DNA of 59,324 nucleotides, taken from positions 1 to 59,324 of the IMG/VR virus record IMGVR_UViG_3300020442_000455; one strand, 5' to 3'. Under the pieces are notes generated by a model. It was given only the letters and a program-made list of their open reading frames with translations, searched no databases and had not been told where the DNA came from. Position numbers and translations under genes: made by a program. This document shows positions 26,401 through 36,011 of this stretch, one piece after another. This DNA comes from a virus. Lineage: Duplodnaviria > Caudoviricetes. Numbering within the stretch: position 1 is the first letter of the stretch; every line of letters starts with the position of its first letter.

Positions 26401-29400
26401 GCGTTAGGTGCCATAACAACTAGACGACAACCAGAAGTTTGACCAATGACAGTTTCACCAATAACAAATGGTGTGTCATTACTTCTAGTATCCTGTGTGC
26501 TATCTTTTACAATCTCGATCAATTTTGGTGTGACATAGTTAGTAAATGTCTTACCATCAAAGAATGCATAGAATCTAGTTCTAGGCTTCAGACGAGCAAC
26601 ATCCATCTTGACGTTTCTAGAACGAATCCAAGGAATTGCTGTACTGGAAAGAATAGAGTCGCCAAGAGATTCATGGTCAATTCTAGGAACGACCTGGGTT
26701 CTAACACCAGTACGCTGTTGAGTTTCTTGAGTTTGAATGATAGTTCTTTCGTTGACACGACGAAGACCTTTACCACCCCAAACCCATGGTGCAGGAGAAC
26801 GACCAACGTCTTCTGCCAACCAGTTAGGTTGACGGAATTGCTCAGTTCTCAGAACTTCACCATCACCTTGCCATGTAGTTCTCCAAGCATTCCACTGAAT
26901 AGGTAGGAAACCATTTTGGTCTGTACCCATTTCTCTACGGGTAGCCTCGAAGTTACCTTCAATAGTTCTAATGTTTGCAGGTTCTCTAACAGTATCTACC
27001 CAATCATCAGTTGCAGGTAGAAGATCAACACGACCAATATAGGTGAAAACGTTGAATGGGTTGACGTTTACAACCTTAGAAGCAAATGGTTGGTTGATGA
27101 TAAGTTCTTCAACATAAGGAAGAGTTACCAACTGACCAGTCTTTTGAACATTACTGGAAGCAGTTGTGTTCCACTCCATTGCAACGTTAGTTGTATAGTG
27201 TGCAGGACGGCAATGTCCAGCAGCAAAATCTAGAGATGCATTATAGTCAGGATGAGATGTATCAGACTTATCATGAGTTGTAAAGTCATCTACAATAAAA
27301 CCATTTTTCAAACGGTCCTTACCATTTGCATCGAGAATCTTAGTGTTTGCAGTATCAGATTCAAGTAGAGATAGTGCAGTGTAGTATTCAACGCTGCTGA
27401 GACGCTTATCAAGAGTACCGATGTCACGCATCGTATAACGACGATTGTCTTCATGAGTAACGAATACGTCTTGCTGAGGATCGAAACCATAAGGTTTCAA
27501 TGTCATTGTTGCCAGGTGCATTGCATTGTCAATGCTATCTGGTTCTTGTGGTTCTTCCTCAGATTTACCAGGAACAATTTGGAACTTGCCTTCTGGAGTC
27601 AAGAATAGTTTATCAATTCTAGGAAGATAGAAGTCATAGTCGCAACGGAAGTTAGAATTGATTTTAGGAATATCAATAACGGTTGCACCACTACCATCTT
27701 GGAATAGACGTGACTTGAAGTCGAGAGTAGAACAGTCAAGATATGCTGGAGAAGCAATACTACCAGCACCAGAGTATCTTGCTTGAGCAGCAGGACGGAA
27801 ATCTAGAACATCAGTCAGAGTCTGAGTTTGCTGGAAGAATGGAATGTCGTAGTAAGAAAGATCAGAATAGGATTCACCACTGAAATAATCACCAGTTGTT
27901 TGATGCTGGAGATAATCAAAGATAACTAGAAGTTTTCTGAGAGCAGGTGATCTCTGTGGTTTTCTTACAATCTTAGAAGTATCATAGAAGTAACCTTTCT
28001 GGTTTTGATCCAGATAATAATCATCGGTTACAACTTTAGATCCTTGAACAATAGCACTAGCATCATCATTGATCAGTGCAGTAATAGCAGTATTACTGCT
28101 GTCAAAACCACTAATGGTTTCACCAGTGATGAAGGTGCCATTGATTGCAATGTAATTTAGTTTTAGTGTTGATGTTGTAAACGCAACAACCTTACCTTTT
28201 GCACCAGAAGTCTTACCTGTAATAATTGTACCAGGTTCAAAGAATGTTGGTTCAGCAATAGTAAGTGATGGAACAACAGGATCGTTGGAGTCAAGAGATT
28301 CATAGACAGCGTGAAGTTGGAATGCATCCGAGATACCCAGAGACATTTCTTGGTCTTGGATGCGGTTGCCATACAAATGAGTATACTGCAAACCGAACAA
28401 AGGTGTGTCTTTGTTCTCAATAGTTCTCCACATTTTGTTGACGACCATCTTACGGAGGGTCTTCAGTTTCTTTTGGACAACGTTCTTAGAAATAGTTGCA
28501 GTCAGTTTACATAGAGTTGCGTTAGCACCGACAGCGACAGTTAGAGTATTACCATTTGTAATCTGTGCATCACCTTGGGTAGATCCAGATGTGACAGATC
28601 CACTAACACCAACATCATTCAAAGAAACTTGTGCTCCAACTTCTCCAGCACTACCAGAGGCAGTAAGAGTAAGTTGATACTCTTCATCATCGATAGCAAC
28701 AAACTGCTCGTTTGTACCTAGAGTGATAACGAACGTACCATTAGATACAGAAATAGCATCATAGGTTCTACGAACAATCATCGACTCGTCAGAAATCGAC
28801 TTGATATACTTCTTAGGCATGTTGCTGAACAAATCAGCATTCTCTTGCCCAAGCAACTGTGCTCTATTACGAACAACAACAGTATAAGTATCGGCAGTAA
28901 CTGAACCACCACCTGCACTTACTTTTACAACCTGGTTGATACCATCGAAGATAGTTGTACCAGATCCAGAAGTTGTAAAGTTAGTAGGGTTGACATAATT
29001 GACAACCAGATAATTAGTCTCGTCAAAGTATAGAAGATCGCCTGCCCTCAAATCTCTAACAAGGTTAGAATTGAATCCAGTGATCGTACCAGCACCAGAG
29101 TCATAGGTGAACGTATCACCCTCAATTGCCAGAAAATCATCTAGGATAATGTCTGCAGTACACTCAATGTTTGCTGGTGTAACTTCATCTTTACAGACAA
29201 AAGATCTTGCATCAGAGAATTCGTAGGTATATGAGAAGGTGAGAGTTCCTTTGGAAATACCATCAATAAAAACTTCTTCACCATCTCTAAAGTTACCTCT
29301 CAGTGAATAGGTATTGAGATGTGTTGCACCAGTTTGATCTGCAACGATGATAGCAGTTGCTCTACTTTCAGCACCAGTGATCTGAGAACCTTGTAGAACA

Positions 29401-30872
29401 TCAGTAGACGCATTGACCTGAAGAACGGTCAACATCTGAACGTCAAAGACATTTACGTTATATCTGTCATCATCTGTACCGTATGAGGTATCCGTACCAG
29501 TGGAATCATGCTCCATTGCCAATGCACGGCAATAACCAATCAGGTTTGCAGGAGAGTCTGGAACAACACCATCAGTAGTAATAGCACGGTCGTATAGTTC
29601 CATGACCTGATACGCATTGGTAACGCTACCAGATCCTGTGAAGTTAGGGAAACCCCAAACATTGTTTGCTTGGAAATTGTTACCAGTGTAGAAAGGAACA
29701 ATTTGGTTTTGCTTTGCCTTAGTCTCTCTTGGTTTAGGGAAGTCTATAAACTGAGAAACCAGGGTTTCAATCTGACTACCACGAACATAGTCAATACCAG
29801 GGGTAACTTCTGCAGTATACAGATCATCAGATGCAAGGTTACCAGATCTGGTAGTTTCACCAGGATCATAGACACCATTGATACCTGGTCTTAGATCATC
29901 ATTCAGACAATCTCTAACTGTGACCCTGTGATTCTTGACAGAATAATCGCCATGAGTGTCATACGTTCTCTTAGCGAGTGCTTTCTCAAGTTCGTTATAT
30001 GCAGTTCTTTGTACCAGTTTCTCAACCTTAGAGTTTCTGATACGAAGAAGTTCAATAAAATTCTTATCGGACTCATCATCAATTAGTTTCTTGATGAGAG
30101 TAGTTGTAATTTTGAAACGGTGAGCACCAGGTGCAGAATAGTTAGATGTGCCTGCTGCGTTATCGTTCAGGGAGTCATCATCCTCAGATGTGATAATAGA
30201 CTCAGTAACTTCTAGACCAACTCTATAAGAAGGATTACTTCCATACTGGTCAAGTAGAATGTACTGCTTAGGAACGTCTACAAAGTAACCACGAATGAAA
30301 TATACACCATCCTCAATATATGCTGCAGATCCTTTCTGCAATGCATTAGAAGGAAGAAGTTGTGCGAATGGAGAACCAGTCTCAATCAGAGTGGTTCCAA
30401 ATGTAATATCAACGTCTGTAATCAACTGTTCGTTGTTTTCAAACGTCTGGAGAGTACCTTCTGTACCACCAGACTCAACATACTTGACATACAGAGTGGC
30501 GTAACCGTTGTCAGAAGTAGTTGCGGGAATACTATACAGGACTTTTGCTTTTACCCCAGTGTTGAGACCTGTAATCAGTTTACCATCCAGCTGAGTTCTA
30601 TACGACTCAACCGTAGCACCTAGGAAACTTGCTTGAAGTTGGATACAATCGACTTTTGTATCATAACCAATCTGACCAGGGATGATCATTGTGCCATCCT
30701 TGAACAGATTCGTACCCATGCTCTCGACCTGATTTTGCAGGATCGATTGCATCGACGTTAGTTCTCTTGCCTGAATTGGGAACCCAGGACGGAACAGAAC
30801 CTTATAGAAGTTCTTGTTCTTATCAAAGTCGTCGTAATAAGGTGTAACGTTGAGGTTAGTATTCTGGGGCAT
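23484..30872 (-). CDS. VrlC-like (DUF4815-type) large virion structural protein
   Basis: 2462 aa with NLNVTPYYDDFD..KNFYKVLFRPGFPIQARELTSMQSILQNQ, APGAHR, RRYTMRDIG.LDKRL..VEYYT, KNGFIVDDF, DPLAQSF and GVLFKSQNASTWT. Confidence 0.85.
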   Translation of the reverse strand: MPQNTNLNVTPYYDDFDKNKNFYKVLFRPGFPIQARELTSMQSILQNQVESMGTNLFKDGTMIIPGQIGYDTKVDCIQLQASFLGATVESYRTQLDGKLITGLNTGVKAKVLYSIPATTSDNGYATLYVKYVESGGTEGTLQTFENNEQLITDVDITFGTTLIETGSPFAQLLPSNALQKGSAAYIEDGVYFIRGYFVDVPKQYILLDQYGSNPSYRVGLEVTESIITSEDDDSLNDNAAGTSNYSAPGAHRFKITTTLIKKLIDDESDKNFIELLRIRNSKVEKLVQRTAYNELEKALAKRTYDTHGDYSVKNHRVTVRDCLNDDLRPGINGVYDPGETTRSGNLASDDLYTAEVTPGIDYVRGSQIETLVSQFIDFPKPRETKAKQNQIVPFYTGNNFQANNVWGFPNFTGSGSVTNAYQVMELYDRAITTDGVVPDSPANLIGYCRALAMEHDSTGTDTSYGTDDDRYNVNVFDVQMLTVLQVNASTDVLQGSQITGAESRATAIIVADQTGATHLNTYSLRGNFRDGEEVFIDGISKGTLTFSYTYEFSDARSFVCKDEVTPANIECTADIILDDFLAIEGDTFTYDSGAGTITGFNSNLVRDLRAGDLLYFDETNYLVVNYVNPTNFTTSGSGTTIFDGINQVVKVSAGGGSVTADTYTVVVRNRAQLLGQENADLFSNMPKKYIKSISDESMIVRRTYDAISVSNGTFVITLGTNEQFVAIDDEEYQLTLTASGSAGEVGAQVSLNDVGVSGSVTSGSTQGDAQITNGNTLTVAVGANATLCKLTATISKNVVQKKLKTLRKMVVNKMWRTIENKDTPLFGLQYTHLYGNRIQDQEMSLGISDAFQLHAVYESLDSNDPVVPSLTIAEPTFFEPGTIITGKTSGAKGKVVAFTTSTLKLNYIAINGTFITGETISGFDSSNTAITALINDDASAIVQGSKVVTDDYYLDQNQKGYFYDTSKIVRKPQRSPALRKLLVIFDYLQHQTTGDYFSGESYSDLSYYDIPFFQQTQTLTDVLDFRPAAQARYSGAGSIASPAYLDCSTLDFKSRLFQDGSGATVIDIPKINSNFRCDYDFYLPRIDKLFLTPEGKFQIVPGKSEEEPQEPDSIDNAMHLATMTLKPYGFDPQQDVFVTHEDNRRYTMRDIGTLDKRLSSVEYYTALSLLESDTANTKILDANGKDRLKNGFIVDDFTTHDKSDTSHPDYNASLDFAAGHCRPAHYTTNVAMEWNTTASSNVQKTGQLVTLPYVEELIINQPFASKVVNVNPFNVFTYIGRVDLLPATDDWVDTVREPANIRTIEGNFEATRREMGTDQNGFLPIQWNAWRTTWQGDGEVLRTEQFRQPNWLAEDVGRSPAPWVWGGKGLRRVNERTIIQTQETQQRTGVRTQVVPRIDHESLGDSILSSTAIPWIRSRNVKMDVARLKPRTRFYAFFDGKTFTNYVTPKLIEIVKDSTQDTRSNDTPFVIGETVIGQTSGCRLVVMAPNADMEFNPYDDSELPTTYGSTTPYLNIDTTAMAAQVSGDAFGNIEVGEVLIGSSGGRAVVKDRRLMSDRSGNLHASFFIPSPDTDTNPRWGTGTRTIRLTTSDTDSRITGAVASSAETTYTATGVLQTVQENILAVRNAEVVRDTVTEEQTIFGTREEIRQIGWYDPLAQSFIIDKPGGCFVTSFDVFFFTKDDRIPISCQIRAMENGYPTKRILPFSDVTLMPGDVQLSETAAVPTKFTFQSPVYLQQSVEYCFVLLSDSNEYQVWVSRMGGEDITENRTISEQPYAGVLFKSQNASTWTADQYEDLKFSAYLAKFNIGMQSKMVFNNGALAAGNTGVLNLGRNSITTFKPDQELTLNLAAVPFTIGSRIHQITGTGVNTLLQAVGTVKKVVEAAAGTVVTVTDITGSFLQNEEITSSKSTTTISISGAADNSQYQPGRYIRNATNSVAEIVSFTASTVSGQENTHGDIAVKFVTIGTNNLTFANGESIDVYTTINGTASMDTSTIASAPTYAGDMTNSGALLRAYPASAVIYTSEQRKIRVRHSNHCMHDTRNNVTISNVRSEIDATALTNSIGVDDTTLAVDDASAFHKFINGQAISATNPGYIRVRSEELQKNVGRGITITGEPLDPRTFIAEEIMAYSAISANGKEITLLTSGGRELDGTSAQAFSEGAIVECYNLDGIPLININKTHTSIMNPTLDSYELSMPVVATNGIVGGGVGASATQNVQFDLISPSVSKLTLPGTTIDARVNVITGSSIGDGNQLNIDQESFVNDGQYQNIILDNNNYFDSPRMIASVINEQNELSGAKSFRMELTMDSENEYITPYVDLDRSSIVTTMNRINNPTDKDTALSADEDGHDAVYITKIANLANKSGSIKLIFAASRPDGTEIIPLYRVRPVGSADSLEESTFTAFPTEGSSVPGTTVYREFREYSYEIDGLKFDQYQIKLVMRSPNQSLTPIIKDFRAIALAV

Positions 30873-30876
30873 CTCT

Positions 30877-32409
30877 TTAGAACTCGATTACGATTTTGAT
30901 ATCTTCGATCTGGTCGCTTGCACGACTAATGGACCTTCTATTATCTAGGTAAATAATTTCACCCGTGTTGAAGGAAACCTCAGGTTTTGCATAACCTGCG
31001 GTAAATCTCATACCCAAATCATACTCAGTGTTGTTGATAACACGAGAGGATGTATTAGGCACTGATGGGAAGTTGATGTCAGGTTCAGCTGAAGAACCAG
31101 ATGACGCACCCTGAATAGAGTTAGACCCATCAAACTCATTTAGGGAACCAGTAACTTCAGGGAAGATACCGTCAACTCTGTTCTGATAATATTTCAGAAC
31201 TTTAGTCGTAGCGTTCCAAGAGATTACTCTCGCTCTCGATGTAACCGAAGAACCACCGACAGTACGAGTTTGTGTAATAATTTCATCAGGCAAGAAGTTG
31301 CCTTGGAAAGTAGGTGAGAAGATAACTGCTCTAGTTGTAGAAGATGTTAGGTCAGACAACAATTCGGTAGTACCGAAGCGTAGTGGGTTGACCACAAGAC
31401 CGACACGACGATAGTCGTTATCTACAGGGAAGTCACCAGCACCTTCATCATAAGACAGTTTTGCGTTGATCATGACACGGTATGCACCGAGTTCGATGAT
31501 AGAGTCAAAACCATGACCACCAGGAGGTGGAATAATAACGTCAATCTGTGCAGCAGCACCAGTACCAATACCAGAGATAGCGTCAACGCTAATCTTTCCA
31601 AAGGTATAACCAGTACCACCAGAAGTTACAGTTGCAGAGATGATCTTACCACCATCAACAACAATAGAAACACGACCACCAACACCGTCACCAGCAATAG
31701 CAACGTTGTCGTAAGTGCCGTTGTTGTAACCAGAACCAGAAGAAGTGATGACAACAGTGTCAACCTCACCAACAACTGCGTTAGTTTTCACTGAGGTGTT
31801 TGTGAAAACTGGCATATATTCGTTCGAGAAGAACTTTAGAACCTGTGCCACTGGGATGGTGTACATGTACTTCCAACGATAACCATCAGCAGTAGTGATG
31901 ATAGAAGTAGAAGTACCAGTTGGTTCGATAGTTGATGGTTTTCCGTTAGGATCCGAGGGCGACGTGCCATTGTAAATACACTTATAGACTTGATAGTTCG
32001 TGTTGACGACGTAAAAGTCTGCATCATATAGTTTAGTAGCACCAGATGCTGCCGTGTTAGTTGGCGAGTAATCGTGGCGATACATGTCATATGTGAAACC
32101 GAGACCACCAGTGGTTTGTTCAGGTGGAGTCCAGTCGATACGACGAACGACTTGAATAGTATCCGATGCCAAGATTCTCTTCATAGAGATCATGTCATCG
32201 TAAGAATCTGAAAACTGGTCAAAAGCATCAATTGCTTGTGGTGGGGAGTTTTCGTTATCCCAAGACTGTGGTCTGCCGATGAACACATACAAACGGTCCC
32301 TACTGGAACCAGCATCCGCATCGGACTGAGTGGAGTCTGGTCCCTCAAGTGCTTTGATGAACTTCTTTGCAGAGAAGATTCTAAATTGATCTGTTAGTAG
32401 GGCTGACAT
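30877..32409 (-). CDS. gp8: Baseplate wedge subunit (gp8)
   Basis: LYVFIGRPQSW, VVRRIDW, FYVVNTNYQVYKC, DGYRWKYMYTI, PPGGHG and GEIIYLDNRRSISRASDQIEDIKIVIEF. Confidence 0.93.
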   Translation of the reverse strand: MSALLTDQFRIFSAKKFIKALEGPDSTQSDADAGSSRDRLYVFIGRPQSWDNENSPPQAIDAFDQFSDSYDDMISMKRILASDTIQVVRRIDWTPPEQTTGGLGFTYDMYRHDYSPTNTAASGATKLYDADFYVVNTNYQVYKCIYNGTSPSDPNGKPSTIEPTGTSTSIITTADGYRWKYMYTIPVAQVLKFFSNEYMPVFTNTSVKTNAVVGEVDTVVITSSGSGYNNGTYDNVAIAGDGVGGRVSIVVDGGKIISATVTSGGTGYTFGKISVDAISGIGTGAAAQIDVIIPPPGGHGFDSIIELGAYRVMINAKLSYDEGAGDFPVDNDYRRVGLVVNPLRFGTTELLSDLTSSTTRAVIFSPTFQGNFLPDEIITQTRTVGGSSVTSRARVISWNATTKVLKYYQNRVDGIFPEVTGSLNEFDGSNSIQGASSGSSAEPDINFPSVPNTSSRVINNTEYDLGMRFTAGYAKPEVSFNTGEIIYLDNRRSISRASDQIEDIKIVIEF

Positions 32410-32433
32410 TAGTTAGAACTTTCCTTCGTTACT

Positions 32434-32441
32434 TATTTATA
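32434..32441 (-). promoter_or_regulatory. Late promoter TATAAATA upstream of gp8
   Basis: Exact consensus in the intergenic gap. Confidence 0.85.
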
Positions 32442-32444
32442 GTG

Positions 32445-35400
32445 TTATGAGAACTCGTTTCTGATAAGGTTATCGTATTGGATATCCTTGACCCTCCATC
32501 GAGCACCATTATTACCGACAATTTCCTCACCGCCTAAGATTGCCTCAAGAACGGCACCTTGTCCTGTGGTATCACCTACAGCATTAGTTACTGTAATTGT
32601 TGGGTGTAAATTGAATGAATTATCTACACTCTGTACATAACCATAACCTTCAGTCGTCATGTTGATAGACTGAATTTGGTCACCTGATGCAGTCATGGTT
32701 GCTGTTGCTACAGCAGAAACACCTGTCGCAGTCGTTTCAATACCGATCGTAGGTGTCGCAGTGTAGTTTGTACCAGGATTGACAATCTTCATATCAATAA
32801 TGCTACCATTCTTAGAGAAGGTATAGAAACTACCGTTAGTTCCAAGGTTTACATTACCAGTATTGAATGGCGTAATGTTACGGACAACTAGTTCTCTCGT
32901 AGCATTATTCCAAGATGTCACAGTAGCAACAATACCAGACTCAGATCCTGTTACAATTTCATCAACAAAGAAGTTTTGATTATTGGTATATCTACCATCC
33001 AAAACAATAGTCAATGTAGCAGTGTGGTCGATACCATCACCCAGAGCACCTGCAGTATCAATCCTAGCAATCTTCAGAGGGTTGCTGGTGTCATTGATAG
33101 TATCACCAACTTGGAACAGAGTGGTATTCTGACCACCGACAGTTTCTTCAATACCATACAATGAACTGAAAATACCACCATCTAGAGAAATTTGGTTCTC
33201 ATAGGCAGTACCAGTATTATCTAGATCTGGGATGTCATCATCATTATCATCCACATAAGCAGTATTTAGCAGAACTTGCTGTGGAACAACCTTTGTATTG
33301 TAGATAGGATCACCAACAAACAATGGAATACTCTCACCAATAACTTCTTCTGTTGTGTGTGGAAGACTAGATTGACCTGCAGAATCTGCAACCCCTGCAT
33401 CAAATGCAATAGTCAATTCTTCTGAAGATGGAATACCAGCATCAATAAATGCCAGATCATCAACTTCAAACTTGACAAATAGTTCTCTAGTTGAAGGAAT
33501 CCAATCATATACTTTAGCAATCTTATTACTAGAGTTATCTACTCTTCTAATAATCTTATCGCCAACTTTGAAAGTATATGTTGAGATACCTTCAGTGTTA
33601 TTTTGTCCAGAGTCTAGAATAACACGCTGATCAAATCTAAAGTTAGTACCTCTAATACAACCAGTAAATCTTCCCTTTTCTTTACCAGTGTATCTAACAA
33701 TCTCTCTACCAAGAATAAATGTGCCTGATCCATCAAATGCATCAGTATTATCAACAAAGATATTAGTATCTGTTGGTTGAGCAGACGATGCCAAACCACA
33801 GAAGTTATAGTCAACAGAGTTGAATGCTTGACGATTTCTAACCTTTCTCTTCAGGTTTACCAGTTTAGTAAAGATGATATTAGGTACTTCAGTATACCCA
33901 GCACCAGGATCTTCGACAATAACTTCGGTAACTTTACCCTGACTAATAACTGCTCGTGCTTTAGCACCAGTTCCTCTACCACCATCAATCAAAACATATG
34001 GTGCTTCAGTATAGAACTGACCACCATCATCAACATCAATTCTTGTGATCTTACCAGTCTTATCAACGTATGCAGCACCAGTAGCATCATTACCGCCACC
34101 ACCAATAAATGCAAGAGAAACTGCACTATTGTGATAGTCTCTGCCAGGTTGGATCAAAGATAGACCAGTAACAGTCTGGGTAACAGCGTTACCAATAGCA
34201 CCAGAACCTTCTCCACCAAGGATCTCAACCCTAGCAGATCCAAAATATCCATCACCATTAGACTTCATATTGACGTACTGAAGTGATCCTGCTGGATACT
34301 GTACGTTACCTTGACTGTCTAAAACTTCTGTTTCATATAGGACTGCTTCTGCCTTTGCACCTCTAGGAGAATCTAGATCTGCTGCAGGTAAAGTGTCGCC
34401 TGGTTTATATTCTTTACCGAAGAATCTAGGACCAACACCATATGGATATGCAGGATCACCACCTGCATCGATAGTCATAAAATAGGCATAAGTGCCATTA
34501 GGATACTCTGGGGTGACACAGTATCTACCATTGAAATCATCTAGATCAGCATTAGTGCTGTCATAGATGTAATCTTGGATAAATGTACCAGACTCATATC
34601 CATCAATAACAAGACGCTCTGCCATGTTTGCATGGTAATAGCAGAAATAATAAAGAATGATAGGTGCCTCTACAGGAACAGTAATTTCAATCCTTCTTAG
34701 AGTTGCACCATTGAAGTTAGCCCGATAGTTGTCATAGCTAACTTCTACATTTTCAATGAAATATCTTACACCCTGTTGCCAGACAGCTGCATGGTTTTCT
34801 ACAACCTGACTAGGAAGGTGCCAACCCTGAGCTGTGCTACTACCAAATACAGAAAATAGAATTGGGTGTCCAGTGTTAGTAGCATCATCTTGATTGAAGA
34901 CGTATGTACTGCCCCGCTCAAGATTCAAGAATGGTTTTTCGGTGTTGCTATATCCACCGCCAGTTACATAATATCTGTTACCTGCACCTGTTGTTTGTGC
35001 TGGTGCAACGGTAATTGTATAAGTTGTTGAAGAAGGTGTTACTACCTGTTCTCTAGTAGCATCAACTTCATTACCTGCTTTGACTCTATAACCTGTACGA
35101 ATTCTACTAACAGCAGATGGAATTAGAGGATCAGTAAATCCATATGGTCCATAGATTGGATATCCATCATAAGAAATACCTAAAATTTTACTATGACCAT
35201 TAGCATGACGAGAGTTATCGCCAGAAAAATTGCTATCTTTATAGTATGGAGCAACTGTAAATACACTAGCTGCTTGAGAAAAAGCACTGATTACATTTGC
35301 TGAGTTGTAATAATACTTTCCTATATCTGTGGGTTCTCTAGTTGTAGAACCATCATAAGGATCTTGACCCAAAATAGTTGGAGTCTTGACCATATCATAA

Positions 35401-36002
35401 CTATAGTTTGCGTACGCAGGAATACCTGGTGGCAAATCTAGATAGTCTGGAGTATGAAGTTCGACGCCATTTGCCATGATACCGACAACGGTATCTTCTT
35501 GAATGGTTCTTGCTTCTGTAGAGGGTACTTCCTTACCACCTCTATAGATGAATGTATGATCGTAATTTTGTGCATATACAATACCAGTAGCACTGTATGG
35601 TGCTGGATCAGGCAAATTATTACTAGTTACTCTAAATCTGTCATACTCAGTAAAAGTTGCTGCAGTGACAGATGTATTACTAGATACCCAAATCTCTTTA
35701 GGGTCAAACGTACTAACAACGGTGACAGAATCCTGTCTAGGTGTAATCTCAACCCTAAGAGGATCGTAACCCTTTCCAGATGCTAAAACTCTAATATAGG
35801 TAATCTTTCCAGCATCCTCATCAATAAAAGGATATAGAATCGCTTCCTCATCTGGTGTGCCACAATTATCCACAACCAGTCTAGGTGGATCGGTAGGATC
35901 ATATCCTGAACCTCCATCTACAACTTCTACCGATACTATGCCGAAATCTTCATTGAAAATTGGATTTAGTACCGCACCAGATCCAGGAACCGTTCTTGCC
36001 AT
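32445..36002 (-). CDS. Baseplate-associated structural protein with a degenerate YHYH domain, an inserted cupredoxin-like domain and Gly-rich repeats
   Basis: 1185 aa with HSKILGISYDGYPIYGPYG...FIQDY...DLDDFNGRYCVTPEYPNGTYAYF, GHPILFS...YYFCYYHANM and repeated GxGYT..P motifs. Confidence 0.8.
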   Translation of the reverse strand: MARTVPGSGAVLNPIFNEDFGIVSVEVVDGGSGYDPTDPPRLVVDNCGTPDEEAILYPFIDEDAGKITYIRVLASGKGYDPLRVEITPRQDSVTVVSTFDPKEIWVSSNTSVTAATFTEYDRFRVTSNNLPDPAPYSATGIVYAQNYDHTFIYRGGKEVPSTEARTIQEDTVVGIMANGVELHTPDYLDLPPGIPAYANYSYDMVKTPTILGQDPYDGSTTREPTDIGKYYYNSANVISAFSQAASVFTVAPYYKDSNFSGDNSRHANGHSKILGISYDGYPIYGPYGFTDPLIPSAVSRIRTGYRVKAGNEVDATREQVVTPSSTTYTITVAPAQTTGAGNRYYVTGGGYSNTEKPFLNLERGSTYVFNQDDATNTGHPILFSVFGSSTAQGWHLPSQVVENHAAVWQQGVRYFIENVEVSYDNYRANFNGATLRRIEITVPVEAPIILYYFCYYHANMAERLVIDGYESGTFIQDYIYDSTNADLDDFNGRYCVTPEYPNGTYAYFMTIDAGGDPAYPYGVGPRFFGKEYKPGDTLPAADLDSPRGAKAEAVLYETEVLDSQGNVQYPAGSLQYVNMKSNGDGYFGSARVEILGGEGSGAIGNAVTQTVTGLSLIQPGRDYHNSAVSLAFIGGGGNDATGAAYVDKTGKITRIDVDDGGQFYTEAPYVLIDGGRGTGAKARAVISQGKVTEVIVEDPGAGYTEVPNIIFTKLVNLKRKVRNRQAFNSVDYNFCGLASSAQPTDTNIFVDNTDAFDGSGTFILGREIVRYTGKEKGRFTGCIRGTNFRFDQRVILDSGQNNTEGISTYTFKVGDKIIRRVDNSSNKIAKVYDWIPSTRELFVKFEVDDLAFIDAGIPSSEELTIAFDAGVADSAGQSSLPHTTEEVIGESIPLFVGDPIYNTKVVPQQVLLNTAYVDDNDDDIPDLDNTGTAYENQISLDGGIFSSLYGIEETVGGQNTTLFQVGDTINDTSNPLKIARIDTAGALGDGIDHTATLTIVLDGRYTNNQNFFVDEIVTGSESGIVATVTSWNNATRELVVRNITPFNTGNVNLGTNGSFYTFSKNGSIIDMKIVNPGTNYTATPTIGIETTATGVSAVATATMTASGDQIQSINMTTEGYGYVQSVDNSFNLHPTITVTNAVGDTTGQGAVLEAILGGEEIVGNNGARWRVKDIQYDNLIRNEFS

Positions 36003-36011
36003 ATTACCTTA

